From positions 17,732,001-17,796,000 of the forward strand of contig OZ059899.1 in the NCBI GenBank assembly GCA_964057225.1: a stretch of DNA of 64,000 nucleotides, in the 5' to 3' direction. Positions 12,154-26,200 of the stretch are shown here, in pieces (positions within the stretch are counted from its first letter, which is position 1; every line of letters starts with the position of its first letter). The DNA is from Auanema rhodensis (taxonomy: Eukaryota > Animalia > Nematoda). The notes beneath the pieces are model-generated. The model had not been told where the DNA came from. It searched no databases and worked only from the letters and a program-made list of their open reading frames with translations. Made by a program: the position numbers and the translations under genes.

Positions 12154-14961
12154 TTGAAAAAAGATGCATTAGTGTATGTTGAGTTTCCATGTACACTCAA
12201 CATTGCTTCCAAAAACATTTTGACAAAAATTTTTCCAAAAAATTTCAAAATAATTTCGCAAAAAGTAAATGTTTTTAGATTCCTTTTTTCAAGGCAAAGA
12301 CGATGGACAATGTTATTCAACGAAAAAATTAATTCTGCAGGGTGAAAATCGAGGATATATGTGTGAACTTATATCAGTTGATATCTCGGTGCATTTTTAA
12401 GCTAGCGCAAATCTGATAACACAGATCGACGCAGCTTAACAATCCGCATCGAATGCACTATACTACATTGAAAAACGCATAATACAAAAATTAGTTATGA
12501 TCGTTTGAAAAAAGATGCATTAGTGTATGTTGAGTTTCCATGTACACTCAACATTGCTTCCAAAAACATTTTGACAAAAATTTTTCCAAAAAATTTCAAA
12601 ATAATTTCGCAAAAAGTAAATGTTTTTAGATTCCTTTTTTCAAGGCAAAGACGATGGACAATGTTATTCAACGAAAAAATTAATTCTGCAGGGTGAAAAT
12701 CGAGGATATAAGTGTGAACTTATATCAGTTGATATCTCGGTGCATTTTTAAGCTAGCGCAAATCTGTTAACACAGATCGACGCAGCTTAAAAATCCGCAT
12801 CGAATGCACTATACTACATTGAAAAACGCTTAATACAAAAATTAGTTATGATCGTTTGAAAAAAGATGCATTAGTGTATGTTGAGTTTCCATGTACACTC
12901 AACATTGCTTCCAAAAACATTTTGACAAAAATTTTTCCAAAAAATTTCAAAATAATTTCGCAAAAAGTAAATGTTTTTAGATTCCTTTTTTCAAGGCAAA
13001 GACGATGGACAATGTTATTCAACGAAAAAATTAATTCTGCAGGGTGAAAATCGAGGATATAAGTGTGAACTTATATCAGTTGATATCTCGGTGCATTTTT
13101 AAGCTAGCGCAAATCTGATAACACAGATCGACGCAGCTTAACAATCCGCATCGAATGCACTATACTACATTGAAAAACGCATAATACAAAAATTAGTTAT
13201 GATCGTTTGAAAAAAGATGCATTAGTGTATGTTGAGTTTCCATGTACACTCAACATTGCTTCCAAAAACATTTTGACAAAAATTTTTCCAAAAAATTTCG
13301 AAATAATTTCGCAAAAAGTAAATGTTTTTAGATTCCTTTTTTCAAGGCAAAGACGATGGACAATGTTATTCAACGAAAAAATTAATTCTGCAGGGTGAAA
13401 ATCGAGGATATAAGTGTGAACTTATATCAGTTGATATCTCGGTGCATTTTTAAGCTAGCGCAAATCTGATAACACAGATCGACGCAGCTTAAAAATCCGC
13501 ATCGAATGCACTATACTACATTGAAAAACGCTTAATACAAAAATTAGTTATGATCGTTTGAAAAAAGATGCATTAGTGTATGTTGAGTTTCCATGTACAC
13601 TCAACATTGCTTCCAAAAACATTTTGACAAAAATTTTTCCAAAAAATTTCAAAATAATTTCGCAAAAAGTAAATGTTTTTAGATTCCTTTTTTCAAGGCA
13701 AAGACGATGGACAATGTTATTCAACGAAAAAATTAATTCTGCAGGGTGAAAATCGAGGATATATGTGTGAACTTATATCAGTTGATATCTCGGTGCATTT
13801 TTAAGCTAGCGCAAATCTGATAACACAGATCGACGCAGCTTAACAATCCGCATCGAATGCACTATACTACATTGAAAAACGCATAATACAAAAATTAGTT
13901 ATGATCGTTTGAAAAAAGATGCATTAGTGTATGTTGAGTTTCCATGTACACTCAACATTGCTTCCAAAAACATTTTGACAAAAATTTTTCCAAAAAATTT
14001 CAAAATAATTTCGCAAAAAGTAAATGTTTTTAGATTCCTTTTTTCAAGGCAAAGACGATGGACAATGTTATTCAACGAAAAAATTAATTCTGCAGGGTGA
14101 AAATCGAGGATATAAGTGTGAACTTATATCAGTTGATATCTCGGTGCATTTTTAAGCTAGCGCAAATCTGTTAACACAGATCGACGCAGCTTAAAAATCC
14201 GCATCGAATGCACTATACTACATTGAAAAACGCTTAATACAAAAATTAGTTATGATCGTTTGAAAAAAGATGCATTAGTGTATGTTGAGTTTCCATGTAC
14301 ACTCAACATTGCTTCCAAAAACATTTTGACAAAAATTTTTCCAAAAAATTTCAAAATAATTTCGCAAAAAGTAAATGTTTTTAGATTCCTTTTTTCAAGG
14401 CAAAGACGATGGACAATGTTATTCAACGAAAAAATTAATTCTGCAGGGTGAAAATCGAGGATATAAGTGTGAACTTATATCAGTTGATATCTCGGTGCAT
14501 TTTTAAGCTAGCGCAAATCTGATAACACAGATCGACGCAGCTTAACAATCCGCATCGAATGCACTATACTACATTGAAAAACGCATAATACAAAAATTAG
14601 TTATGATCGTTTGAAAAAAGATGCATTAGTGTATGTTGAGTTTCCATGTACACTCAACATTGCTTCCAAAAACATTTTGACAAAAATTTTTCCAAAAAAT
14701 TTCGAAATAATTTCGCAAAAAGTAAATGTTTTTAGATTCCTTTTTTCAAGGCAAAGACGATGGACAATGTTATTCAACGAAAAAATTAATTCTGCAGGGT
14801 GAAAATCGAGGATATAAGTGTGAACTTATATCAGTTGATATCTCGGTGCATTTTTAAGCTAGCGCAAATCTGATAACACAGATCGACGCAGCTTAAAAAT
14901 CCGCATCGAATGCACTATACTACATTGAAAAACGCTTAATACAAAAATTAGTTATGATCGT
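12154..14961 (+). repeat. 4-mer higher-order duplication (1404 bp x2) in A1
   Basis: Private SNVs at 12360/13764 (GATATATGTG) and 12767/14171 (TCTGTTAAC) are both offset by 1404. Confidence 0.9.
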
Positions 14962-15663
14962 TTGAAAAAAGATGCATTAGTGTATGTTGAGTTTCCATGT
15001 ACACTCAACATTGCTTCCAAAAACATTTTGACAAAAATTTTTCCAAAAAATTTCGAAATAATTTCGCAAAAAGTAAATGTTTTTAGATTCCTTTTTTCAA
15101 GGCAAAGACGATGGACAATGTTATTCAACGAAAAAATTAATTCTGCAGGGTGAAAATCGAGGATATAAGTGTGAACTTATATCAGTTGATATCTCGGTGC
15201 ATTTTTAAGCTAGCGCAAATCTGATAACACAGATCGACGCAGCTTAACAATCCGCATCGAATGCACTATACTACATTGAAAAACGCATAATACAAAAATT
15301 AGTTATGATCGTTTGAAAAAAGATGCATTAGTGTATGTTGAGTTTCCATGTACACTCAACATTGCTTCCAAAAACATTTTGACAAAAATTTTTCCAAAAA
15401 ATTTCGAAATAATTTCGCAAAAAGTAAATGTTTTTAGATTCCTTTTTTCAAGGCAAAGACGATGGACAATGTTATTCAACGAAAAAATTAATTCTGCAGG
15501 GTGAAAATCGAGGATATAAGTGTGAACTTATATCAGTTGATATCTCGGTGCATTTTTAAGCTAGCGCAAATCTGATAACACAGATCGACGCAGCTTAAAA
15601 ATCCGCATCGAATGCACTATACTACATTGAAAAACGCTTAATACAAAAATTAGTTATGATCGT

Positions 15664-18600
15664 TTGAAAAAAGATGCATTAGTGTATGTTGAGTTTCCAT
15701 GTACACTCAACATTGCTTCCAAAAACATTTTGACAAAAATTTTTCCAAAAAATTTCGAAATAATTTCGCAAAAAGTAAATGTTTTTAGATTCCTTTTTTC
15801 AAGGCAAAGACGATGGACAATGTTATTCAACGAAAAAATTAATTCTGCAGGGTGAAAATCGAGGATATAAGTGTGAACTTATATCAGTTGATATCTCGGT
15901 GCATTTTTAAGCTAGCGCAAATCTGATAACACAGATCGACGCAGCTTAAAAATCCGCATCGAATGCACTATACTACATTGAAAAACGCTTAATACAAAAA
16001 TTAGTTATGATCGTTTGAAAAAAGATGCATTAGTGTATGTTGAGTTTCCATGTACACTCAACATTGCTTCCAAAAACATTTTGACAAAAATTTTTCCAAA
16101 AAATTTCAAAATAATTTCGCAAAAAGTAAATGTTTTTAGATTTCTTTTTTCAAGGCAAAGACGATGGACAATGTTATTCAACGAAAAAATTAATTCTGCA
16201 GGGTGAAAATCGAGGATATAAGTGTGAACTTATATCAGTTGATATCTCGGTGCATTTTTAAGCTAGCGCAAATCTGATAACACAGATCGACGCAGCTTAA
16301 AAATCCGCATCGAATGCACTATACTACATTGAAAAACGCTTAATACAAAAATTAGTTATGATCGTTTGAAAAAAGATGCATTAGTGTATGTTGAGTTTCC
16401 ATGTACACTCAACATTGCTTCCAAAAACATTTTGACAAAAATTTTTCCGAAAAATTTCGAAATAATTTCGCAAAAAGTAGATGTTTTTAGATTCCTTTTT
16501 TCAAGGCAAAGACGATGGACAATGTTATTCAACGAAAAAATTAATTCTGCAGGGTGAAAATCGAGGATATAAGTGTGAACTTATATCAGTTGATATCTCG
16601 GTGCATTTTTAAGCTAGCTCAAATCTGATAACACAGATCGACGCAGCTTAAAAATCCGCATCGAATGCACTATACTACTTTGAAAAACGCTTAATACAAA
16701 AATTAGTTATGATCGTTTGAAAAAAGATGCATTAGTGTATGTTGAGTTTCCATGTACACTCAACATTGCTTCCAAAAACATTTTGACAAAAATTTTTCCA
16801 AAAAATTTCAAAATAATTTCGCAAAAAGTAAATGTTTTTAGATTTCTTTTTTCAAGGCAAAGACGATGGACAATGTTATTCAACGAAAAAATTAATTCTG
16901 CAGGGTGAAAATCGAGGATATAAGTGTGAACTTATATCAGTTGATATCTCGGTGCATTTTTAAGCTAGCGCAAATCTGATAACACAGATCGACGCAGCTT
17001 AAAAATCCGCATCGAATGCACTATACTACATTGAAAAACGCTTAATACAAAAATTAGTTATGATCGTTTGAAAAAAGATGCATTAGTGTATGTTGAGTTT
17101 CCATGTACACTCAACATTGCTTCCAAAAACATTTTGACAAAAATTTTTCCAAAAAATTTCAAAATAATTTCGCAAAAAGTAAATGTTTTTAGATTTCTTT
17201 TTTCAAGGCAAAGACGATGGACAATGTTATTCAACGAAAAAATTAATTCTGCAGGGTGAAAATCGAGGATATAAGTGTGAACTTATATCAGTTGATATCT
17301 CGGTGCATTTTTAAGCTAGCGCAAATCTGATAACACAGATCGACGCAGCTTAAAAATCCGCATCGAATGCATTATACTACATTGAAAAACGCTTAATACA
17401 AAAATTAGTTATGATCGTTTGAGAAAAGATGCATTAGTGTATGTTGAGTTTCCATGTACACTCAACATTGCTTCCAAAAACATTTTGACAAAAATTTTTC
17501 CAAAAAATTTCAAAATAATTTCGCAAAAAGTAAATGTTTTTAGATTTCTTTTTTCAAGGCAAAGACGATGGACAATGTTATTCAACGAAAAAATTAATTC
17601 TGCAGGGTGAAAATCGAGGATATAAGTGTGAACTTATATCAGTTGATATCTCGGTGCATTTTTAAGCTAGCGCAAACCTGATAACACAGATCGACGCAGC
17701 TTAAAAATCCGCATCGAATGCACTATACTACATTGAAAAACGCTTAATACAAAAATTAGTTATGATCGTTTGAAAAAAGATGCATTAGTGTATGTTGAGT
17801 TTCCATGTACACTCAACATTGCTTCCAAAAACATTTTGACAAAAATTTTTCCGAAAAATTTCGAAATAATTTCGCAAAAAGTAGATGTTTTTAGATTCCT
17901 TTTTTCAAGGCAAAGACGATGGACAATGTTATTCAACGAAAAAATTAATTCTGCAGGGTGAAAATCGAGGATATAAGTGTGAACTTATATCAGTTGATAT
18001 CTCGGTGCATTTTTAAGCTAGCTCAAATCTGATAACACAGATCGACGCAGCTTAAAAATCCGCATCGAATGCATTATACTACATTGAAAAACGCTTAATA
18101 CAAAAATTAGTTATGATCGTTTGAGAAAAGATGCATTAGTGTATGTTGAGTTTCCATGTACACTCAACATTGCTTCCAAAAACATTTTGACAAAAATTTT
18201 TCCAAAAAATTTCAAAATAATTTCGCAAAAAGTAAATGTTTTTAGATTCCTTTTTTCAAGGCAAAGACGATGGACAATGTTATTCAACGAAAAAATTAAT
18301 TCTGCAGGGTGAAAATCGAGGATATAAGTGTGAACTTATATCAGTTGATATCTCGGTGCATTTTTAAGCTAGCGCAAACCTGATAACACAGATCGACGCA
18401 GCTTAAAAATCCGCATCGAATGCACTATACTACATTGAAAAACGCTTAATACAAAAATTAGTTATGATCGTTTGAAAAAAGATGCATTAGTGTATGTTGA
18501 GTTTCCATGTACACTCAACATTGCTTCCAAAAACATTTTGACAAAAATTTTTCCAAAAAATTTCGAAATAATTTCGCAAAAAGTAAATGTTTTTAGATTC

Positions 18601-21279
18601 CTTTTTTCAAGGCAAAGACGATGGACAATGTTATTCAACGAAAAAATTAATTCTGCAGGGTGAAAATCGAGGATATAAGTGTGAACTTATATCAGTTGAT
18701 ATCTCGGTGCATTTTTAAGCTAGCGCAAATCTGATAACACAGATCGACGCAGCTTAAAAATCCGCATCGAATGCACTATACTACATTGAAAAACGCTTAA
18801 TACAAAAATTAGTTATGATCGTTTGAAAAAAGATGCATTAGTGTATGTTGAGTTTCCATGTACACTCAACATTGCTTCCAAAAACATTTTGACAAAAATT
18901 TTTCCAAAAAATTTCAAAATAATTTCGCAAAAAGTAAATGTTTTTAGATTTCTTTTTTCAAGGCAAAGACGATGGACAATGTTATTCAACGAAAAAATTA
19001 ATTCTGCAGGGTGAAAATCGAGGATATAAGTGTGAACTTATATCAGTTGATATCTCGGTGCATTTTTAAGCTAGCGCAAATCTGATAACACAGATCGACG
19101 CAGCTTAAAAATCCGCATCGAATGCACTATACTACATTGAAAAACGCTTAATACAAAAATTAGTTATGATCGTTTGAAAAAAGATGCATTAGTGTATGTT
19201 GAGTTTCCATGTACACTCAACATTGCTTCCAAAAACATTTTGACAAAAATTTTTCCGAAAAATTTCGAAATAATTTCGCAAAAAGTAGATGTTTTTAGAT
19301 TCCTTTTTTCAAGGCAAAGACGATGGACAATGTTATTCAACGAAAAAATTAATTCTGCAGGGTGAAAATCGAGGATATAAGTGTGAACTTATATCAGTTG
19401 ATATCTCGGTGCATTTTTAAGCTAGCTCAAATCTGATAACACAGATCGACGCAGCTTAAAAATCCGCATCGAATGCACTATACTACTTTGAAAAACGCTT
19501 AATACAAAAATTAGTTATGATCGTTTGAAAAAAGATGCATTAGTGTATGTTGAGTTTCCATGTACACTCAACATTGCTTCCAAAAACATTTTGACAAAAA
19601 TTTTTCCAAAAAATTTCAAAATAATTTCGCAAAAAGTAAATGTTTTTAGATTTCTTTTTTCAAGGCAAAGACGATGGACAATGTTATTCAACGAAAAAAT
19701 TAATTCTGCAGGGTGAAAATCGAGGATATAAGTGTGAACTTATATCAGTTGATATCTCGGTGCATTTTTAAGCTAGCGCAAATCTGATAACACAGATCGA
19801 CGCAGCTTAAAAATCCGCATCGAATGCACTATACTACATTGAAAAACGCTTAATACAAAAATTAGTTATGATCGTTTGAAAAAAGATGCATTAGTGTATG
19901 TTGAGTTTCCATGTACACTCAACATTGCTTCCAAAAACATTTTGACAAAAATTTTTCCAAAAAATTTCAAAATAATTTCGCAAAAAGTAAATGTTTTTAG
20001 ATTTCTTTTTTCAAGGCAAAGACGATGGACAATGTTATTCAACGAAAAAATTAATTCTGCAGGGTGAAAATCGAGGATATAAGTGTGAACTTATATCAGT
20101 TGATATCTCGGTGCATTTTTAAGCTAGCGCAAATCTGATAACACAGATCGACGCAGCTTAAAAATCCGCATCGAATGCATTATACTACATTGAAAAACGC
20201 TTAATACAAAAATTAGTTATGATCGTTTGAGAAAAGATGCATTAGTGTATGTTGAGTTTCCATGTACACTCAACATTGCTTCCAAAAACATTTTGACAAA
20301 AATTTTTCCAAAAAATTTCAAAATAATTTCGCAAAAAGTAAATGTTTTTAGATTTCTTTTTTCAAGGCAAAGACGATGGACAATGTTATTCAACGAAAAA
20401 ATTAATTCTGCAGGGTGAAAATCGAGGATATAAGTGTGAACTTATATCAGTTGATATCTCGGTGCATTTTTAAGCTAGCGCAAACCTGATAACACAGATC
20501 GACGCAGCTTAAAAATCCGCATCGAATGCACTATACTACATTGAAAAACGCTTAATACAAAAATTAGTTATGATCGTTTGAAAAAAGATGCATTAGTGTA
20601 TGTTGAGTTTCCATGTACACTCAACATTGCTTCCAAAAACATTTTGACAAAAATTTTTCCGAAAAATTTCGAAATAATTTCGCAAAAAGTAGATGTTTTT
20701 AGATTCCTTTTTTCAAGGCAAAGACGATGGACAATGTTATTCAACGAAAAAATTAATTCTGCAGGGTGAAAATCGAGGATATAAGTGTGAACTTATATCA
20801 GTTGATATCTCGGTGCATTTTTAAGCTAGCTCAAATCTGATAACACAGATCGACGCAGCTTAAAAATCCGCATCGAATGCATTATACTACATTGAAAAAC
20901 GCTTAATACAAAAATTAGTTATGATCGTTTGAGAAAAGATGCATTAGTGTATGTTGAGTTTCCATGTACACTCAACATTGCTTCCAAAAACATTTTGACA
21001 AAAATTTTTCCAAAAAATTTCAAAATAATTTCGCAAAAAGTAAATGTTTTTAGATTCCTTTTTTCAAGGCAAAGACGATGGACAATGTTATTCAACGAAA
21101 AAATTAATTCTGCAGGGTGAAAATCGAGGATATAAGTGTGAACTTATATCAGTTGATATCTCGGTGCATTTTTAAGCTAGCGCAAACCTGATAACACAGA
21201 TCGACGCAGCTTAAAAATCCGCATCGAATGCACTATACTACATTGAAAAACGCTTAATACAAAAATTAGTTATGATCGT
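15664..21279 (+). repeat. 8-mer higher-order duplication (2808 bp x2) in A1
   Basis: The private SNV TACTACTTTG occurs at 16679/19487 and TTGAGAAAAG monomers at 17419/20227 and 18121/20929, all offset by 2808. Confidence 0.9.
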
Positions 21280-22705
21280 TTGAAAAAAGATGCATTAGTG
21301 TATGTTGAGTTTCCATGTACACTCAACATTGCTTCCAAAAACATTTTGACAAAAATTTTTCCAAAAAATTTCAAAATAATTTCGCAAAAAGTAAATGTTT
21401 TTAGATTCCTTTTTTCAAGGCAAAGACGATGGACAATGTTATTCAACGAAAAAATTAATTCTGCAGGGTGAAAATCGAGGATATAAGTGTGAACTTATAT
21501 CAGTTGATATCTCGGTGCATTTTTAAGCTAGCGCAAATCTGATAACACAGATCGACGCAGCTTAAAAATCCGCATCGAATGCACTATACTACATTGAAAA
21601 ACGCTTAATACAAAAATTAGTTATGATCGTTTGAAAAAAGATGCATTAGTGTATGTTGAGTTTCCATGTACACTCAACATTGCTTCCAAAAACATTTTGA
21701 CAAAAATTTTTCCAAAAAATTTCAAAATAATTTCGCAAAAAGTAAATGTTTTTAGATTCCTTTTTTCAAGGCAAAGACGATGGACAATGTTATTCAACGA
21801 AAAAATTAATTCTGAAGGGTGAAAATCGAGGATATAAGTGTAAACTTATATCAGTTGATATCTCGGTGCATTTTTAAGCTAGCGCAAATCTGATAACACA
21901 GATCGACGCAGCTTAAAAATCCGCATCGAATGCACTATACTACATTGAAAAACGCTTAATACAAAAATTAGTTATGATCGTTTGAAAAAAGATGCATTAG
22001 TGTATGTTGAGTTTCCATGTACACTCAACATTGCTTCCAAAAACATTTTGACAAAAATTTTTCCAAAAAATTTCAAAATAATTTCGCAAAAAGTAAATGT
22101 TTTTAGATTCCTTTTTTCAAGGCAAAGACGATGGACAATGTTATTCAACGAAAAAATTAATTCTGAAGGGTGAAAATCGAGGATATAAGTGTAAACTTAT
22201 ATCAGTTGATATCTCGGTGCATTTTTAAGCTAGCGCAAATCTGATAACACAGATCGACGCAGCTTAAAAATCCGCATCGAATGCACTATACTACATTGAA
22301 AAACGCTTAATACAAAAATTAGTTATGATCGTTTGAAAAAAGATGCATTAGTGTATGTTGAGTTTCCATGTACACTCAACATTGCTTCCAAAAACATTTT
22401 GACAAAAATTTTTCCAAAAAATTTCAAAATAATTTCGCAAAAAGTAAATGTTTTTAGATTTCTTTTTTCAAGGCAAAGACGATGGACAATGTTATTCAAC
22501 GAAAAAATTAATTCTGCAGGGTGAAAATCGAGGATATAAGTGTGAACTTATATCAGTTGATATCTCGGTGCATTTTTAAGCTAGCGCAAATCTGATAACA
22601 CAGATCGACGCAGCTTAAAAATCCGCATCGAATGCACTATACTACATTGAAAAACGCTTAATACAAAAATTAGTTATGATCGTTTGAAAAAAGATGCATT
22701 AGTGT

Positions 22706-22838
22706 ATGTTGAGTCTTCGCCTTGAAAAAAGGAATCTAAAAACATCTACTTTTCGTGAAATTATTTCGAAATTTTTAGGTAAAATTTTTGTCAAAATGTT
22801 TTTGAAAGCAATGTTGAGTGTACATGGAAACTCAACAT
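22706..22838. other. Inversion junction / centre of satellite A macro-dyad (115-bp spacer, 22715-22829)
   Basis: ...GTATGTTGA[GT]CTTCGCCTTG...: the forward monomer ends at 22714 and the reverse monomer starts at 22713 (2-bp GT overlap). The mirror partner ACTCAACAT starts at 22830. Confidence 0.95.
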
Positions 22839-23299
22839 ACACTAATGCATCATTTTTCAAACGATCATAACTAATTTTTGTATTAAGAGTTTCTCAATGT
22901 AGTATAGTGCATTCGATGCGGATTTTTAAGCTGCGTCGATCTGTGTTATCAGATTTGCGCTAGCTTAAAAATGCACCAAGATATCAACTGAAATAAGTTA
23001 ACACATATATCCTCGATTTTCACCCTGAAGAATTAATTTTTTCGTTGAATAACATTGTCCATCGTCTTCGCCTTGAAAAAAGGAATCTAAAAACATCTAC
23101 TTTTTGTGAAATTATTTTGAAATTTTTAGGGAAAATTTTTGTCAAAATGTTTTTGGAAGCAATGTTGAGTGTACATGGAAACTCAACATACACTAATGCA
23201 TCATTTTTCAAACGATCATAACTAATTTTTGTATTAAGAGTTTCTCAATGTAGTATAGTGCATTCGATGCGGATTTTTAAGCTGCGTCGATCTGTGTTA

Positions 23300-26200
23300 T
23301 CAGATTTGCGCTAGCTTAAAAATGCACCGAGATATCAACTGTTATAAGTTCACACTTATATCCTCGATTTTCACCCTGAAGAATTAATTTTTTTGTTGAA
23401 TAACATTGTCCATCGTCTTCGCCTTGAAAAAAGAAATCTAAAAACATCTACTTTTTGTGAAATTATTTTGAAATTTTTAGGCAAAATTTTTGTCAAAATG
23501 TTTTTGAAAGCAATGTTGAGTGTACATGGAAACTCAACATACACTAATGCATCATTTTTCAAACGATCATAACTAATTTTTGTATTAAGCGTTTTTCAAT
23601 GTAGTATAGTGCATTCGATGCTGATTTTTAAGCTGCGTCGATCTGTGTTATCAGATTTGCGCTAGCTTAAAAATGCACCGAGATATCAACTGATATAAGT
23701 TTACACTTATATCCTCGATTTTCACCCTGGAGAATTAATTTTTTCGTTGAATAACATTGTCCATCGTCTTCGCCTTGAAAAAAGGAATCTAAAAACATCT
23801 ACTTTTTGTGAAATTATTTTGAAATTTTTAGGGAAAATTTTGGTCAAAATGTTTTTGGAAGCAATGTTGAGTGTACATGGAAACTCAACATACACTAATG
23901 CATCATTTTTCAAACGATCATGACTAATTTTTGTATTGAGGGTTTCTCAATGTAGTATAGTGCATTCGATGCGGATTTTTAAGCTGCGTCGATCTGTGTT
24001 ATCAGATTTGCGCTAGCTTAAAAATGCACCGAGATATCAACTGATATAAGTTCACACTTATATCCTCGATTTTCACCCTGAAAAATTGATTTTTTCGTTG
24101 AATAACATTGTCCATCGTCTTTGCCTTGAAAAAAGGAATCTAAAAACAACTACTTTCTGTGAAATTATTTCGAAATTTTTAGGGAAAATTTTTGTCAAAA
24201 TGTTTTTGGAAGCAATGTTGAGTGTACATGGAAACTCAACATACACTAATGCATCATTTTTCAAACGATCATAACTAATTTTTGTATTAAGCGTTTCTCA
24301 ATGTTGTATAGTGCATTCGATGCGGATTTTTAAGCTGCGTCGATCTATGTTATCAGATTTGCGCTATTTTAAAAATGCACCGAGATATCAACTGATATAA
24401 GTTCACACTTATAATCTCGATTTTCACCCTGAAGAATTAATTTTTTTGTTGAATAACATTGTCCATCGTCTTCACCTTGAAAAAAGGAATCTAAAAACAT
24501 CTACTTTTTGTAAAATTATTTTGAAATTTTTAGGGAAAATTTTTGTCAAAATGTTTTTGGAAGCAATGTTGAGTGTACATGGAAACTCAACATACACTAA
24601 TGCATCATTTTTCAAACGATCATAACTAATTTTTGTATCAAGCGTTTCTCAATGTAGTATAGTGCATTCGATGCGGATTTTTAAGCTGCGTCGATCTGTG
24701 TTATCAGATTTGCGCTAGCTTAAAAAAGCACCGAGATATCAACTGATATAAGTTCACACTTATATCCTCGATTTTCACCCTGAAGAATTAATTTTTTTGT
24801 TGAATAACATTGTCCATCGTCTTCGCCTTGAAAAAAGGAATCTAAAAACATCTACTTTTCGTGAAATTATTTCGAAATTTTCAGGTAAAATTTTTGTCAA
24901 AATGTTTTTGAAAGCAATGTTGAGTGTACATGGAAACTCAACATACACTAATGCATCATTTTTCAAACGATCATGACTAATTTTTGTATTGAGGGTTTCT
25001 CAATGTAGTATAGTGCATTCGATGCGGATTTTTAAGCTGCGTCGATCTGTGTTATCAGATTTGCGCTAGCTTAAAAATGCACCGAGATATCAACTGATAT
25101 AAGTTCACACTTATATCCTCGATTTTCACCCTGAAAAATTGATTTTTTCGTCGAATAACATTGTCCATCGTCTTTGCCTTGAAAAAAGGAATCTAAAAAC
25201 AACTACTTTTTGTGAAATTATTTCGAAATTTTTAGGGAAAATTTTTGTCAAAATGTTTTTGGAAGCAATGTTGAGTGTACATGGAAACTCAACATACACT
25301 AATGCATCATTTTTCAAACGATCATAACTAATTTTTGTATTAAGCGTTTCTCAATGTTGTATAGTGCATTCGATGCGGATTTTTAAGCTGCGTCGATCTG
25401 TGTTATCAGATTTGCGCTAGCTTAAAAATGCACCGAGATATCAACTGTTATAAGTTCACACTTATATCCTCGATTTTCACCCTGAAGAATTAATTTTTTT
25501 GTTGAATAACATTGTCCATCGTCTTCGCCTTGAAAAAAGAAATCTAAAAACATCTACTTTTTGTGAAATTATTTTGAAATTTTTAGGCAAAATTTTTGTC
25601 AAAATGTTTTTGAAAGCAATGTTGAGTGTACATGGAAACTCAACATACACTAATGCATCATTTTTCAAACGATCATAACTAATTTTTGTATTAAGCGTTT
25701 TTCAATGTAGTATAGTGCATTCGATGCTGATTTTTAAGCTGCGTCGATCTGTGTTATCAGATTTGCGCTAGCTTAAAAATGCACCGAGATATCAACTGAT
25801 ATAAGTTTACACTTATATCCTCGATTTTCACCCTGGAGAATTAATTTTTTCGTTGAATAACATTGTCCATCGTCTTCGCCTTGAAAAAAGGAATCTAAAA
25901 ACATCTACTTTTTGTGAAATTATTTTGAAATTTTTAGGGAAAATTTTGGTCAAAATGTTTTTGGAAGCAATGTTGAGTGTACATGGAAACTCAACATACA
26001 CTAATGCATCATTTTTCAAACGATCATGACTAATTTTTGTATTGAGGGTTTCTCAATGTAGTATAGTGCATTCGATGCGGATTTTTAAGCTGCGTCGATC
26101 TGTGTTATCAGATTTGCGCTAGCTTAAAAATGCACCGAGATATCAACTGATATAAGTTCACACTTATATCCTCGATTTTCACCCTGAAAAATTGATTTTT

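Larger units (their letters stand above)
1..22714 (+). repeat. Satellite A, 351-bp tandem monomer, forward block (subfamily A1), ~64.7 copies, runs off the left edge
   Basis: Identical motifs recur every 351 bp (ORF-track starts 220, 571, 922 ... 22333). Monomers differ by only a few SNVs. Near-fixed A1 alleles are AAAAGATGCA, TTTCGCAAAAAG and a PstI site CTGCAG in almost every copy. Confidence 0.99.

Noticed and set aside
22908-22925. CENP-B box-like motif (CATTCGATGCGGAT)
   Set aside because: It has TTCG and CGG but not the TTCGnnnnAnnCGGG spacing.
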